DNA of 64,000 nucleotides from an uncultured Lachnospiraceae bacterium (GTDB lineage: Bacteria; Bacillota; Clostridia; Lachnospirales; Lachnospiraceae): assembly GCA_910579505.1 (NCBI GenBank), contig CAJTTZ010000011.1, positions 5,482 to 69,481 on the forward strand, given 5' to 3'. Shown here one piece after another: positions 28,709 through 38,144 of this stretch; the stretch's first letter is position 1, and each line of letters starts with the position of its first letter. Below the pieces are notes generated by a model, which saw only the letters and a list, made by a program, of their open reading frames with translations, was not told the DNA's origin and did no database searches. The position numbers and the translations under genes are program-made.

Positions 28709-29695
28709 ATGGCAAGCATCAGGGATGTGGCGAAAGAAGCGGGGGTCGGAGTCGGGACGGTGTCCCGGGCGATCAACAATACCGGCTATGTTTCGCCTGA
28801 AACAAAAAAGAAAATAGACAAGGCTGTACAGAGGCTGAATTATACGCCGAATGAACTGGCGCGGAATCTTTTTCGAAATAGAAGCGGAATTGTGGGGGTG
28901 ATCGTGCCGGATCTGGATCATCCATTTTTTTCCTGCCTGGTCAAAAATATAGAGATGGAGCTGTACAGACAGGGCTATAAGACGATGGTCTGTAACGCGG
29001 TGGGCGTCAGTGACAGGGAGCGGGAATATCTGGACATGCTGGAACGAAATATTGTGGACGGGATTATTACAGGCTCGCACTGTCTTGACGGCGAAGAATA
29101 TCTGCGCCATGAGAAGCCTATCGTTTCCATCGACCGTGATTTTGGCCCGAAGATACCAATTGTGGGGAGCGATCATGCCATGGGGGGAAAAATGGCGGCG
29201 GAACTGATGATCCGTGACGGACGCGGCGACGTGATACAGATTGCCGGTGTGTCTCCGCATATTCTGGCAAACGAGAGGCATACGGCATTTCAGAGGACGC
29301 TGGAAGAACATGGGGTGAAAGTAAGGACGGTGTCTATGGACTGGAATGTCTTTGGCTGGGAGGCTTTTTGCGAAGCGGCCGACAGACTGATGGAGGAACA
29401 CCCGGATGTCGACGGAATATTTTCAGGGGATTTGGGCGTTGTAGCCTGTATGAACATAGCCAGAAAAAGGGGAATGCGTATTCCGGAAGATATCAGTCTG
29501 ATCGGGTTCGACGCTACAAGTGTGACCCAGATGGTATATCCGCAGATCACCGCGGTACGGCAGAATACGCCGCTGCTGGCGGAAGTGTCAGTGAATACGC
29601 TTCTTGACCAGATTGAACAGAGGAGGGACATTCTTCACAGGCAGATTCTGAATGTGGAGATCTGCCGCGGGGGTACGATAAAGTGTGTTGACTGA
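28709..29695 (+). CDS. LacI-family transcriptional regulator
   Basis: It has an N-terminal HTH (ASIRDVAKEAGVGVGTVSRAINN) and a periplasmic-binding-protein-like core. Confidence 0.9.
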   Translation: MASIRDVAKEAGVGVGTVSRAINNTGYVSPETKKKIDKAVQRLNYTPNELARNLFRNRSGIVGVIVPDLDHPFFSCLVKNIEMELYRQGYKTMVCNAVGVSDREREYLDMLERNIVDGIITGSHCLDGEEYLRHEKPIVSIDRDFGPKIPIVGSDHAMGGKMAAELMIRDGRGDVIQIAGVSPHILANERHTAFQRTLEEHGVKVRTVSMDWNVFGWEAFCEAADRLMEEHPDVDGIFSGDLGVVACMNIARKRGMRIPEDISLIGFDATSVTQMVYPQITAVRQNTPLLAEVSVNTLLDQIEQRRDILHRQILNVEICRGGTIKCVD

Positions 29696-29758
29696 CAGCT
29701 GTGCCCGGATGTAAAATGCGGCAGAAATGGTTGGATTCGTGCATAAATGGATAGAAAA

Positions 29759-29801
29759 GCAGGGATTGTGCAATGTGTACAAAAACATCCCCTGCTTTTT
29801 T
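29759..29801 (+). terminator. rho-independent terminator after the LacI gene
   Basis: gcagggat...atcccctgc forms a stem with one bulge, followed by a T6 run (29796-29801). Confidence 0.6.
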
Positions 29802-29831
29802 GTGTATAGGGTAAAAAATAAGGTATAGTAA

Positions 29832-29860
29832 TTGACAAACAGACACGGAGGAAATATAAT
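29832..29860 (+). promoter_or_regulatory. consensus sigma-70 promoter of the GH32/ABC operon
   Basis: TTGACA (29832-29837), a 17-nt spacer, then TATAAT (29855-29860). Confidence 0.65.
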
Positions 29861-29867
29861 CATGAAT

Positions 29868-29883
29868 ATGGAACGGGTTCCAT
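29868..29883. promoter_or_regulatory. palindromic LacI-type operator candidate
   Basis: ATGGAAC-GG-GTTCCAT has perfect 7-bp arms and starts 8 nt after the -10 box. A related half-palindrome tggaaacggttc lies near 29945. Confidence 0.5.
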
Positions 29884-30015
29884 TAAAAAGAGGAAAAATA
29901 GAAGAAAGAAGGAATAAAATACATATAGAAATAGGGAATAATGTATGTGGAAACGGTTCTATAAAGGGGAGGGGGCGCGGTACGAACCTCAAGGAACAAA
30001 TCGGAAGGAGGAGAA

Positions 30016-31695
30016 ATGAAAAAAGTAAATTCTAAGAAATATACCTGTCTGGAGATTTTTGCGAGGCAGACGGGTGACGGGGGCAGAGTCCGTGTCACGT
30101 CCGGGAACGCTGACGGCTCCCGGACAACTGCGGAAAAACCGGCGGGCAGAAACTACTTTGCATGGCTGAAAATTCCATTAAAAGAAAATACGGATTATGA
30201 GATCTGCAGCGCGGACTGCGAGGTGTCGCTCAGTTACCTGAGCGGCAGTGAGGATCTGCTGGAGACAGGGGTGTGCTATCTGGAGAAGGACCAGGCGGAT
30301 GGCAGCTTTTACATAGCCGATCAGGCGGCGTGGTATGACGGACCTACCCGTGAAACCTATCACTTTTCACCGTGGAAAAATTGGATCAACGACCCTAATG
30401 GTCTCTGCTGGTTTCAGGGATATTACCATATGTTTTACCAGTTTAATCCGCATGGACAGCGGTGGTCAAACATGTACTGGGGTCATGCGGCCAGCCGCGA
30501 TCTGGTGCACTGGGTTCATCTCCCTGTCGTGCTTGCCCCGCAGGAAGAAATTCTGGAAAATCAGGAGAAAGTGAAGGGCGGGGCCTTTTCCGGCTGCGCG
30601 GTGGCATCCGATGAGGAGGTTGTCTTTTATCTGACCAGACACAAAGGTCCCCTGCAGGATGGTGAGGACACTGTGGAACAGCAATGGATGATGAGGAGCC
30701 GCGACATGATCCACTTTTCGGAGGAAACGTGCGTGATCGGTCAGCCGCCGGAAGGGGCGTCCTTCGACTTCCGGGATCCCAAAGTGCTGTGGGCCGGGGA
30801 CCGCTGGTACATGGTGCTTGGAAGCGCCATAGCGGGAAAGGGCGCAATCCTTTTATATGAGTCCGCGGATGGAGCAAAGTGGGAGTATGCGCATCCGCTG
30901 CTTGTGGAGGAGAGGGTGAAGCGCTGCTTTGAGTGCCCTGATTTTATGGAGCTGGACGGCCAATATGTGGCAACGGGCGCATGGATGGAGCATTACGATG
31001 CGTGCGGCAGATACCAGATGTGCAGATATTACACGGGAACCTTCAGGGAGGGTGAATTTGCGGTGGAAAACGACGGCTGGTTTGACTTTGGAAGCAACTG
31101 CTATGCGATGCAGAGTTTTGCCCATCAGGGCAGGCGGATCAGCATCGGCTGGATTTCCGATTTTTATGAGGAGCATGTGCCGTGTGAAAACGGCGCATAC
31201 GGCAGTATGACGATTCCGAGGGAGCTTCATGTCAGGGACGGAAAGCTGTACATGATGCCGGTGCAGGAAATCCGGGCGCTTAAGGGGAAAACGCTCTACG
31301 AGGGAAGTGGGGAGAATATCAGCCTTTCCGGGATAGAGGGCAATGCGTACCGGGTCAGAATCGGTTTTTCGGGGAACACGTTCTTCACCATTCTGCTCGG
31401 AAAGGATGGGGAAAGGTCGATTTCCCTCGTAAATGATGAAGGCGGTCTGCGGATTGTGACCAAAAGAGTCAAAAGCGAGGGCATCTGTTTCAAGGCGGAT
31501 GTGGACGAAGTCAGGGAGCTGGAGATCTATATGGACAGACGGGTGGCGGAAGTCTATGTCAACGGGGGAGAGGCGGCAGGAACAAAAGTGTTTTACAACG
31601 GTTCTACAGCCGGGTGCTTTGCGCTTAACGCCGAAACGCCGGAAAACGTTGTGTGGGCGGAGGCAGTCTGCATGAATTCCATATGGCAAATGTGA
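30016..31695 (+). CDS. GH32 beta-fructofuranosidase / sucrose-6-phosphate hydrolase-like enzyme with ~100-aa N-terminal extension
   Basis: It carries the WINDPNGL (WMNDPNG-type nucleophile), FRDPKV and ECPDF motifs, and has a strong RBS (ggaaggaggagaaATG). Confidence 0.9.
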   Translation: MKKVNSKKYTCLEIFARQTGDGGRVRVTSGNADGSRTTAEKPAGRNYFAWLKIPLKENTDYEICSADCEVSLSYLSGSEDLLETGVCYLEKDQADGSFYIADQAAWYDGPTRETYHFSPWKNWINDPNGLCWFQGYYHMFYQFNPHGQRWSNMYWGHAASRDLVHWVHLPVVLAPQEEILENQEKVKGGAFSGCAVASDEEVVFYLTRHKGPLQDGEDTVEQQWMMRSRDMIHFSEETCVIGQPPEGASFDFRDPKVLWAGDRWYMVLGSAIAGKGAILLYESADGAKWEYAHPLLVEERVKRCFECPDFMELDGQYVATGAWMEHYDACGRYQMCRYYTGTFREGEFAVENDGWFDFGSNCYAMQSFAHQGRRISIGWISDFYEEHVPCENGAYGSMTIPRELHVRDGKLYMMPVQEIRALKGKTLYEGSGENISLSGIEGNAYRVRIGFSGNTFFTILLGKDGERSISLVNDEGGLRIVTKRVKSEGICFKADVDEVRELEIYMDRRVAEVYVNGGEAAGTKVFYNGSTAGCFALNAETPENVVWAEAVCMNSIWQM

Positions 31696-31720
31696 GAAAT
31701 GCGAAAATACGGGCATTCCC
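31693..31720. repeat. degenerate copy of the GGAGAATGCC...GGCATTCTCC hairpin
   Basis: gagaaatgcgaaaatacgggcattcccc can be compared with 20354-20381. It overlaps the GH32 stop codon. Confidence 0.6.
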
Positions 31721-31764
31721 CACATGAAGTGTGAGGTTGTATCAAGAGGAAAGGAGCGGTCAAA

Positions 31765-33054
31765 ATGAGGAAGAGAGTGATTGGGGCTGTGTTTGCGGTT
31801 ATGACAGCCGCCGGTCTGTGCGTGGGATGCGGGCAGGCGAAGGAACGGGTTAACGAGGCGGGGGAGTCGGTTATCACGGTATGGAGCCCCACGGATGAGC
31901 CCGCCATCGAAGAGTGGTGGGTGGAAAAAATAGAAGCGTTCAATCAGACGCATAAAGGGAAGATCCATCTGCAGAGGGAGGCAATCGTGCGGGCGGACTC
32001 CTATGCCTATGAAGATAAGATCAATGCGGCGATCACCTCAAACGACCTGCCGGATATTCTTTTCGTGGACGGTCCGACGGTATCTGTCTATGCGGCGAAC
32101 GAAATCACGCTTCCGCTGGACGATCTGTTTACGGAGGCGGAATGGAATGATTTTCTGGATTCGTCCAGACAGCAGAATACCTATGACGGCAAAATCTATG
32201 CCGTGAGCGCGACGGAGAGTTCGGTGGCACTGTACTACAATGCGGATATGCTTGCGGAGGCGGGTATCCGTGTGCCGGAGTCGAAGGAGGAGGCGTGGAC
32301 ATGGCAGGAATTTTATGACGCGGCGAAAAAACTGACGAAGGACGGCGTGGTCGGCACGAACATCATCATGGATAAGGGGGAAGGCCTTCCCTACGTCCTG
32401 GAACAGTTCTGGATTTCAAACGGCACCGATCTGGTGAGCGCGGACGGCAGCCAGGCGGACGGCTATATCAACAGCCCGGAGGGGGTAGAGGCGGCGGAGT
32501 TTTTAAACAGCCTGATTCAGGGCGGCTACGCCAACATCGACCCGATCCAGAAGGAGTTTCACAACGAGAGGGCGGCAACAATGTTAGGCGGTTCGTGGGA
32601 AGTGGCGACACTGGAGAACGACTACCCGGACTTAAACTGGGGTGTGACGTATTTCCCGGTAGCCGAGAACGGTATCCTGACATCCCCCACAGGAGACTGG
32701 GCGGCTTCCGTGACGAAAAACACACAGGACATGGACGCGGTCAAAGAGGTGATGCGTTTCCTGTTTTCCGAGGAAAATGTGGCGACTTACGCGCAGGCGA
32801 TCTCCAAGCCGCCCACGAGAAAGTCGAGCTATGACGTGCTGACGGAGTACAACGAGTACCCCCGCTCCCTCTTTAAGGAACAGCTCATGGAGACGGGGCA
32901 TCCCCGCCCGAGAACACCCTCCTACAGCGTGCTGTCGGCGGAGTTTTCGGAGGCCATGCTGAATATCTTTACGGGCGTTGACGCAAAGGAGGCGCTGGAT
33001 GCCGCGGCGGCAGCCACGGATAAGGATTACAACAAATATTATGCGCAGGAGTAA
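31765..33054 (+). CDS. ABC sugar transporter substrate-binding lipoprotein
   Basis: 429 aa with a signal peptide, a lipobox-like segment LCVGCG, and family-1 solute-binding-protein composition. Confidence 0.85.
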   Translation: MRKRVIGAVFAVMTAAGLCVGCGQAKERVNEAGESVITVWSPTDEPAIEEWWVEKIEAFNQTHKGKIHLQREAIVRADSYAYEDKINAAITSNDLPDILFVDGPTVSVYAANEITLPLDDLFTEAEWNDFLDSSRQQNTYDGKIYAVSATESSVALYYNADMLAEAGIRVPESKEEAWTWQEFYDAAKKLTKDGVVGTNIIMDKGEGLPYVLEQFWISNGTDLVSADGSQADGYINSPEGVEAAEFLNSLIQGGYANIDPIQKEFHNERAATMLGGSWEVATLENDYPDLNWGVTYFPVAENGILTSPTGDWAASVTKNTQDMDAVKEVMRFLFSEENVATYAQAISKPPTRKSSYDVLTEYNEYPRSLFKEQLMETGHPRPRTPSYSVLSAEFSEAMLNIFTGVDAKEALDAAAAATDKDYNKYYAQE

Positions 33055-33086
33055 AGCGCGCGGAAGGAAAACAAGGAGGGATTATT

Positions 33087-33971
33087 ATGCAAGTATCGGT
33101 TAATAAAAAAAGTGAGAGAAAAGCGGCATATCTCTTTATCATTCCTGCAGTTGTCCTGCTGGCGGCATTCCTGCTCTATCCGGCGCTGCAGACTGTCAGA
33201 TATGCCTTTACGGACTATAACATTATGCGTCCCGACAGGATTAAGTTCTGCGGGCTGAACAATTTCATTGAGCTTTTCCAGGATAAGGATTTCTGGATCG
33301 CTGTGAAGAATACGCTGCATTTCACGGTTCTGGTCGTGCCTTTTCAGACGGCGCTGGCACTGGCGCTTGCGCTTCTGATCTCGTCGAGGAGGAAGGGCGT
33401 CTCCATCTTCCGCGCCGCTTACTTCAGCCCGCAGGTCACCTCCATGGTTGTGGTGGCGATCCTCTGGACGGTTCTGTACAACTCCAATCCGAGCAGCGGT
33501 CTTTTAAACGCGCTGCTGGTCAATCTGGGAATGGAGCCATGCGGCTTCTTAAACGACCCGAAGACGGCGATGAACTCCATTATTTTCATGTCGGCGTGGC
33601 AGGGCGCGGGCTATCAGATGATGATATTCCTCGCGGGTCTGCAGGGGATTCCGAAGGACCAGTATGAGGCGGCTTCCATCGACGGCGCAGGAAAACTCAA
33701 GAGTTTTCTCTATGTGACGCTGCCGGGGCTTAAGAACGTGATCTCCTATGTCATTATGATTACGGTCATTCAGGCGATGAAGCTTTTCACGCAGCCCTAT
33801 GTCATGACCAAGGGCGGTCCCCAGAATGCGACAAGAACGCTCGTGTACTACGTGTATGAGCAGGGTTTCCAGAAGCGGAACTTCGGTTATGCCTGCGCGG
33901 TGGCAGCGGTGTTCTTTGTTATCGTGATTTCCCTGTCAATCGGGATGAAGAAGATTATTAAAGCTGATTAG
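33087..33971 (+). CDS. carbohydrate ABC transporter permease (MalF-like)
   Basis: 294 aa, 6 TM segments, with the EAA loop (EAASIDGAGKLKSFLYVTLPGL). Confidence 0.9.
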   Translation: MQVSVNKKSERKAAYLFIIPAVVLLAAFLLYPALQTVRYAFTDYNIMRPDRIKFCGLNNFIELFQDKDFWIAVKNTLHFTVLVVPFQTALALALALLISSRRKGVSIFRAAYFSPQVTSMVVVAILWTVLYNSNPSSGLLNALLVNLGMEPCGFLNDPKTAMNSIIFMSAWQGAGYQMMIFLAGLQGIPKDQYEAASIDGAGKLKSFLYVTLPGLKNVISYVIMITVIQAMKLFTQPYVMTKGGPQNATRTLVYYVYEQGFQKRNFGYACAVAAVFFVIVISLSIGMKKIIKAD

Positions 33972-33994
33972 CGTGAGAAGAAAGGAGCGTCATT

Positions 33995-34837
33995 ATGACA
34001 CAGAAACAGAGAAAGCAGATAGGCAGTCTTGCCTTTTATATCGGAAATACCATTATTGCGCTGATATTTGTCTCGCCGTTAATATGGATGATCTCGGCAT
34101 CGCTGAAGCCGGAGGCGGAAATTTTTAAAGGTCTGAATTCCATTTCGACTTTTATCCCGAGAGCTGCTTCACTGGCAAATTATCAGGAAGTGTTCAGCCG
34201 GATCAATATGTGGAAATTTATCTTCAACAGCCTGTTTTATGTGATGGTTATCATTGTTCTGGACCTGTTTGTCAATTCCCTGTGCGGCTATGCGCTGGCA
34301 AAATTTGAATTTAAGGGGAAAAATGCGCTGCTCACGCTGGTAATCAGCCTGATGGTATTTCCGGCGGAAGCGATTATGCTGCCCATGTACAGGGAGATGG
34401 CGGATCTGGGGTGGATCAATACATGGGCGTCCCTGATCGTCCCCTTCGTGGCAAAGTGCTTCAGCATTTACATGTTCAGGCAGTTTTTCCTTGATATTCC
34501 AAATGACCTGCTGGAGGCGGCAAAGATCGACGGGTGCGGACCGATCAAAACCTTTTTCCGGGTTGTCGTGCCGATCTCGGGAACTGTGTATGCGACCATT
34601 CTGATTCTGGATTTTGTAGCGCACTGGAATGATTTCATGTGGCCGCTGCTTGTTGTGACAGGGGAGGAGAAGAGAACGGTACAGCTTGCGATCCAGACAT
34701 TTTTTGGCTCCAAACCGATTAATTATGGACCGATTATGGCTTCGCTGACCATTTCAGCGATACCCATGCTCCTCATGTTTGTGTTCCTGCAGAAATACTA
34801 TGTGGAAGGGATTGCATCCACCGGCATCAAAGGATAA
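33995..34837 (+). CDS. carbohydrate ABC transporter permease (MalG-like)
   Basis: 280 aa with the EAA loop (EAAKIDGCGPIKTFFRVVVP). Confidence 0.9.
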   Translation: MTQKQRKQIGSLAFYIGNTIIALIFVSPLIWMISASLKPEAEIFKGLNSISTFIPRAASLANYQEVFSRINMWKFIFNSLFYVMVIIVLDLFVNSLCGYALAKFEFKGKNALLTLVISLMVFPAEAIMLPMYREMADLGWINTWASLIVPFVAKCFSIYMFRQFFLDIPNDLLEAAKIDGCGPIKTFFRVVVPISGTVYATILILDFVAHWNDFMWPLLVVTGEEKRTVQLAIQTFFGSKPINYGPIMASLTISAIPMLLMFVFLQKYYVEGIASTGIKG

Positions 34838-34879
34838 GGAAAAACGGCTGGCAAAGGGCCTGCCGGAGTGAAACTCCCG

Positions 34880-34908
34880 TTGACATTCCCCGCAAAAATA
34901 TGTATAAT
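34880..34908 (+). promoter_or_regulatory. consensus sigma-70 promoter upstream of the signalling cluster
   Basis: TTGACA (34880-34885), a 17-nt spacer, then TATAAT (34903-34908). Confidence 0.6.
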
Positions 34909-35002
34909 TTGTGTATTGTATGTTGATGACAGTTATTACATAGAAAATCAGGGAAAAAGGAGGGCGAAGATCCGTCTCCAACAGGCGGATTGATCGGAGA
35001 AT

Positions 35003-36097
35003 ATGAGCGAAAACGCAACCAGGGAACAAATACTGATCGTGGACGACGAAGAAGTAAACAGGACGATACTCAGTCTGATGTTCGATGCGGATTACGATAT
35101 TGTGGAGGCACCTAATGGGATGGAAGCGATTGAGGCCATCGAGAAAAATAATGATATCGCTTTGATCCTGCTTGACGTTATCATGCCGGTCATGGACGGT
35201 TTTGGTGTGCTCGACTACATGAAAGAAAAAGACCTTCTGGAGAAGATCCCGGTTATCCTGATTACCAGCATGACGCCTCAGGAGAGCGAGGAGAAGGCAT
35301 ACGAGTACGGTATAGCCGATGTGATGCACAAGCCCTTTGAGTCGGCGATCATTAAAAGGCGTGCGAACAACATTATTGAGCTCTACCAGAGCAAGAAAAA
35401 TCTGGAAATCAAGCTGAAAGAGCAGGAAGTGACGATCCGCGAGCAGGAGAAGGCGATCCGCGAGAACAACGAGTTCATGATTGACGCGCTCGGCTCCGTG
35501 GTCGAGTTCAGGAGCATTGAGACGGGGGATCACGTCAAGCGGATTAAATATCTGACGAGAATCCTTCTCAAATACATGGCGAAATATTTCCCGAAGTACG
35601 GGCTTACGCCGCTGCAGATCGACCAGATCGCGAGAGCTTCCGCGCTGCATGACGTGGGTAAGATCGGCATACCGGATTCCATCCTGTTAAAGCCGGGCAG
35701 GCTGACGCCGGAAGAGTTTGAGGTGATGAAGACCCACACCACCATCGGCTGTGAGATTCTGGAGTCCTTCAAGCCCCAGTATCCGGATGAATTTTACCAG
35801 TACTGTTACGAGATCTGCCGGCATCACCATGAGAGAGCCGACGGCAAAGGATATCCGGACCATCTGGCGGGAGACGAAATCCCGATCAGCGCACAGATCG
35901 TATCCATTGCCGACGTATATGAGGCGCTCGTAAGCGAGAGGGTATATAAAAGTGCATACAGCAATGACGAGGCATATCAGATGATCTTAAATGGGGAATG
36001 CGGACAGTTTTCGGAAGATGTGATAGAGTGCTTTAAGCTTGCTAAGGAAGATTTCTTCAACCTTGTTGAAGTGATCAATATGTTTAATTTTACGTAA
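35003..36097 (+). CDS. response regulator with HD-GYP output domain (c-di-GMP phosphodiesterase type)
   Basis: The REC domain has ILIVDDEE and the acceptor context LLDVIMP. The HD-GYP domain has LHDVGK and a canonical HHERADGKGYP. Confidence 0.9.
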   Translation: MSENATREQILIVDDEEVNRTILSLMFDADYDIVEAPNGMEAIEAIEKNNDIALILLDVIMPVMDGFGVLDYMKEKDLLEKIPVILITSMTPQESEEKAYEYGIADVMHKPFESAIIKRRANNIIELYQSKKNLEIKLKEQEVTIREQEKAIRENNEFMIDALGSVVEFRSIETGDHVKRIKYLTRILLKYMAKYFPKYGLTPLQIDQIARASALHDVGKIGIPDSILLKPGRLTPEEFEVMKTHTTIGCEILESFKPQYPDEFYQYCYEICRHHHERADGKGYPDHLAGDEIPISAQIVSIADVYEALVSERVYKSAYSNDEAYQMILNGECGQFSEDVIECFKLAKEDFFNLVEVINMFNFT

Positions 36098-36188
36098 GAC
36101 AGATTAGGCGGCGAAGACTGTAAAACAATAAGAGTATGTTTTGCAGTCTTCTTACTTTATCCCAAAATGACAGAAAGGAAAGAGTGCT

Positions 36189-36566
36189 ATGGACGACAAA
36201 TTCAGAAAACAGTTGGAGGAATGCGGTGCGGATGTGGAGACTACCCTGAAGCGTTTTATGAATAACGATGCGATTTACCAGAAATTCCTTGGGAAATTTC
36301 CCAATGACCCGAATTATGCGAACCTTGGGACGAATCTGGAAGCCGGCGCTTACGAGGAGGCGTACAAGTGCGCCCACGCATTGAAGGGTGTAGTGGGAAA
36401 CCTGGGCCTTACCCCGATTTTTGAGAAAGTTTCCACGCTGGTAGAAGAGCTGAGAAACAAGGCGGCCGAGGAAGTGGATACCGCGCGTGCGAACGAGCTG
36501 TGGCAGGAGATCAAAACGGTCTACGAGCAGTTTATCAGCGTGATCAACGAAAATATCCCAGGGTGA
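36189..36566 (+). CDS. stand-alone Hpt (histidine phosphotransfer) protein
   Basis: 125 aa with the HxxKG motif (CAHALKGVVGNLG). Confidence 0.8.
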   Translation: MDDKFRKQLEECGADVETTLKRFMNNDAIYQKFLGKFPNDPNYANLGTNLEAGAYEEAYKCAHALKGVVGNLGLTPIFEKVSTLVEELRNKAAEEVDTARANELWQEIKTVYEQFISVINENIPG

Positions 36567-36569
36567 AAG

Positions 36570-36665
36570 ATGCGAAAAGTGCTTCTAAAGACGTTCCATC
36601 ATAGGATGGAACATCAAGAAGCATTAAGTTTCGCATAGGAGAATGCCAGAATGCGGCATTCTCCG
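36570..36665. repeat. composite nested-hairpin intergenic repeat
   Basis: The outer stem is atgcgaaa (36570-36577) / tttcgcat (36629-36636). Inside are gtgcttct/agaagcat, then gttccatc-atag-gatggaac (36593-36612). Next comes ggagaatgcc-agaatgc-ggcattctcc (36638-36665). Confidence 0.85.
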
Positions 36666-36678
36666 CAAGGAGGCTTGC

Positions 36679-38130
36679 ATGGAATTTGAGTGGTTAAATT
36701 CCCGGATTGCGGATCAGACGGTGGAACTTGTCCTGCTCTTCAACGAGGAGGGCAGCATACTTTACGGAAACCAGACGGCGGCGGCGAGGCTGGAATACGA
36801 CAGGGATAAACTGACAAGATGCACGATGTCACAAATATTCAGACAGGATTTTCCCAATTCGCCGGATGGGTTCATCACCTTTGTAAAAAAGAGCATGAAG
36901 GGTGTCAAGGAGATGACGATGTACAGGAGTAATAACTCCTGTTTCTCTGTTAATGTACGTATTTTCCCGGAAGACGGGATGGACGCCTATCTGCTTCTTG
37001 CGGAAGATATTTCTGCGCAGAAAAATATGAATATGCGTATCCGCGAGCTGAAGGAGAAGGAGAGCGAGAACAACCGGGCGAGAAATGAGTTTACGGCGAA
37101 CGTTACCCATGAGCTGCGTACCCCTGTCAATGGGATTAAGGGACATGTGATGGAACTCGTGGAGGAAGTGACCGACCCGGGCCAGAAAAAGACGCTCGAT
37201 ATCGTCCTTAGCTGCTGCGACAATATGCTGACGATTATCAATGATATCCTTGACTTTGCGAAGCTGGAATCCGGCAAATTCGTGATAGACGAAAAGCCCT
37301 TTGACTTTCAGGAGATGATGGATAAGGTCGTCGCAACCCACAGCGCGGTGGTAAACAAAAAGGAACTGCACATGAGCGTGGACATTGACGATAAGATTCC
37401 AAGGAAGCTGATCGGCGACGAACTCCGTCTCGTTCAGATTCTGAATAACCTTTTGTCCAACGCCATCAAGTTTACCATGGTAGGCTATGTCAACCTGGTT
37501 GTCGGCATGACCAGACGGGTCAATGACGAGGTTGAGCTGTTCTTCATGGTGAGGGACAGCGGTATTGGTATTTCCCAGAAGGAGCAGGACCGCCTGTTCC
37601 AGAGTTTCAGCCAGGTGGACGCTTCGATCACGAGACGTTTCGGCGGGACGGGACTGGGGCTTGCCATCACGAAACAGCTTGTGGAGCTGATGCACGGCGA
37701 TATCCATGTGGAGAGTGAAAAGGGAAAAGGGAGCACATTTTCGTTTTCCGTGAAGCTTAAGAGCGAACAGTCGCTCGACGACAAGCAGAGTCAGGTCTAT
37801 GTGAACTGGTCCGAGTACATGAAGGAAGGCGAGGGGCAGAACGTAGACAGTCTCATGCAGTTTGGCGAGGAGGAAAACAGGGAAGAGTTAAAGAAGCGCA
37901 TGGATAAACTGGTGCTTTCCATTGAGATGGGTGCGTGGGATAAGGCGGAACTTCTTGCCTCTACGCTTAAGGCGCTGATCGAGTCATCGGGAGACGAGGA
38001 CCTGAAGCGGCAGGAGCTGCGGATGGAGATGGCGATCAGAAAAGCCAATTATGACAAGAGCATGGATATGTACGGCAGACTGAAGGACGCGATCACGGAG
38101 CGGATCGGAGATTTGTGGAACGCAGAATAG
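36679..38130 (+). CDS. cytoplasmic PAS sensor histidine kinase with degenerate Hpt-like C-terminal tail
   Basis: It has no TM segment, an H-box (THELRTPVNGIKGH), an N-box (LNNLLSNAIKF), a G-box (DSGIGI...GGTGLGLAI), and a ~110-aa helical tail. The start is moved to ATG 36679 (aaggaggcttgcATG) because the ORF-track start lies inside the hairpin repeat. Confidence 0.85.
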   Translation: MEFEWLNSRIADQTVELVLLFNEEGSILYGNQTAAARLEYDRDKLTRCTMSQIFRQDFPNSPDGFITFVKKSMKGVKEMTMYRSNNSCFSVNVRIFPEDGMDAYLLLAEDISAQKNMNMRIRELKEKESENNRARNEFTANVTHELRTPVNGIKGHVMELVEEVTDPGQKKTLDIVLSCCDNMLTIINDILDFAKLESGKFVIDEKPFDFQEMMDKVVATHSAVVNKKELHMSVDIDDKIPRKLIGDELRLVQILNNLLSNAIKFTMVGYVNLVVGMTRRVNDEVELFFMVRDSGIGISQKEQDRLFQSFSQVDASITRRFGGTGLGLAITKQLVELMHGDIHVESEKGKGSTFSFSVKLKSEQSLDDKQSQVYVNWSEYMKEGEGQNVDSLMQFGEEENREELKKRMDKLVLSIEMGAWDKAELLASTLKALIESSGDEDLKRQELRMEMAIRKANYDKSMDMYGRLKDAITERIGDLWNAE

Positions 38131-38144
38131 CAGGAGGATAGCTT

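Noticed and set aside
30853-31968. 371-aa minus-strand ORF
   Set aside because: It is antisense across the end of the GH32 gene and the start of the binding-protein gene, both of which have strong RBSs and family motifs.
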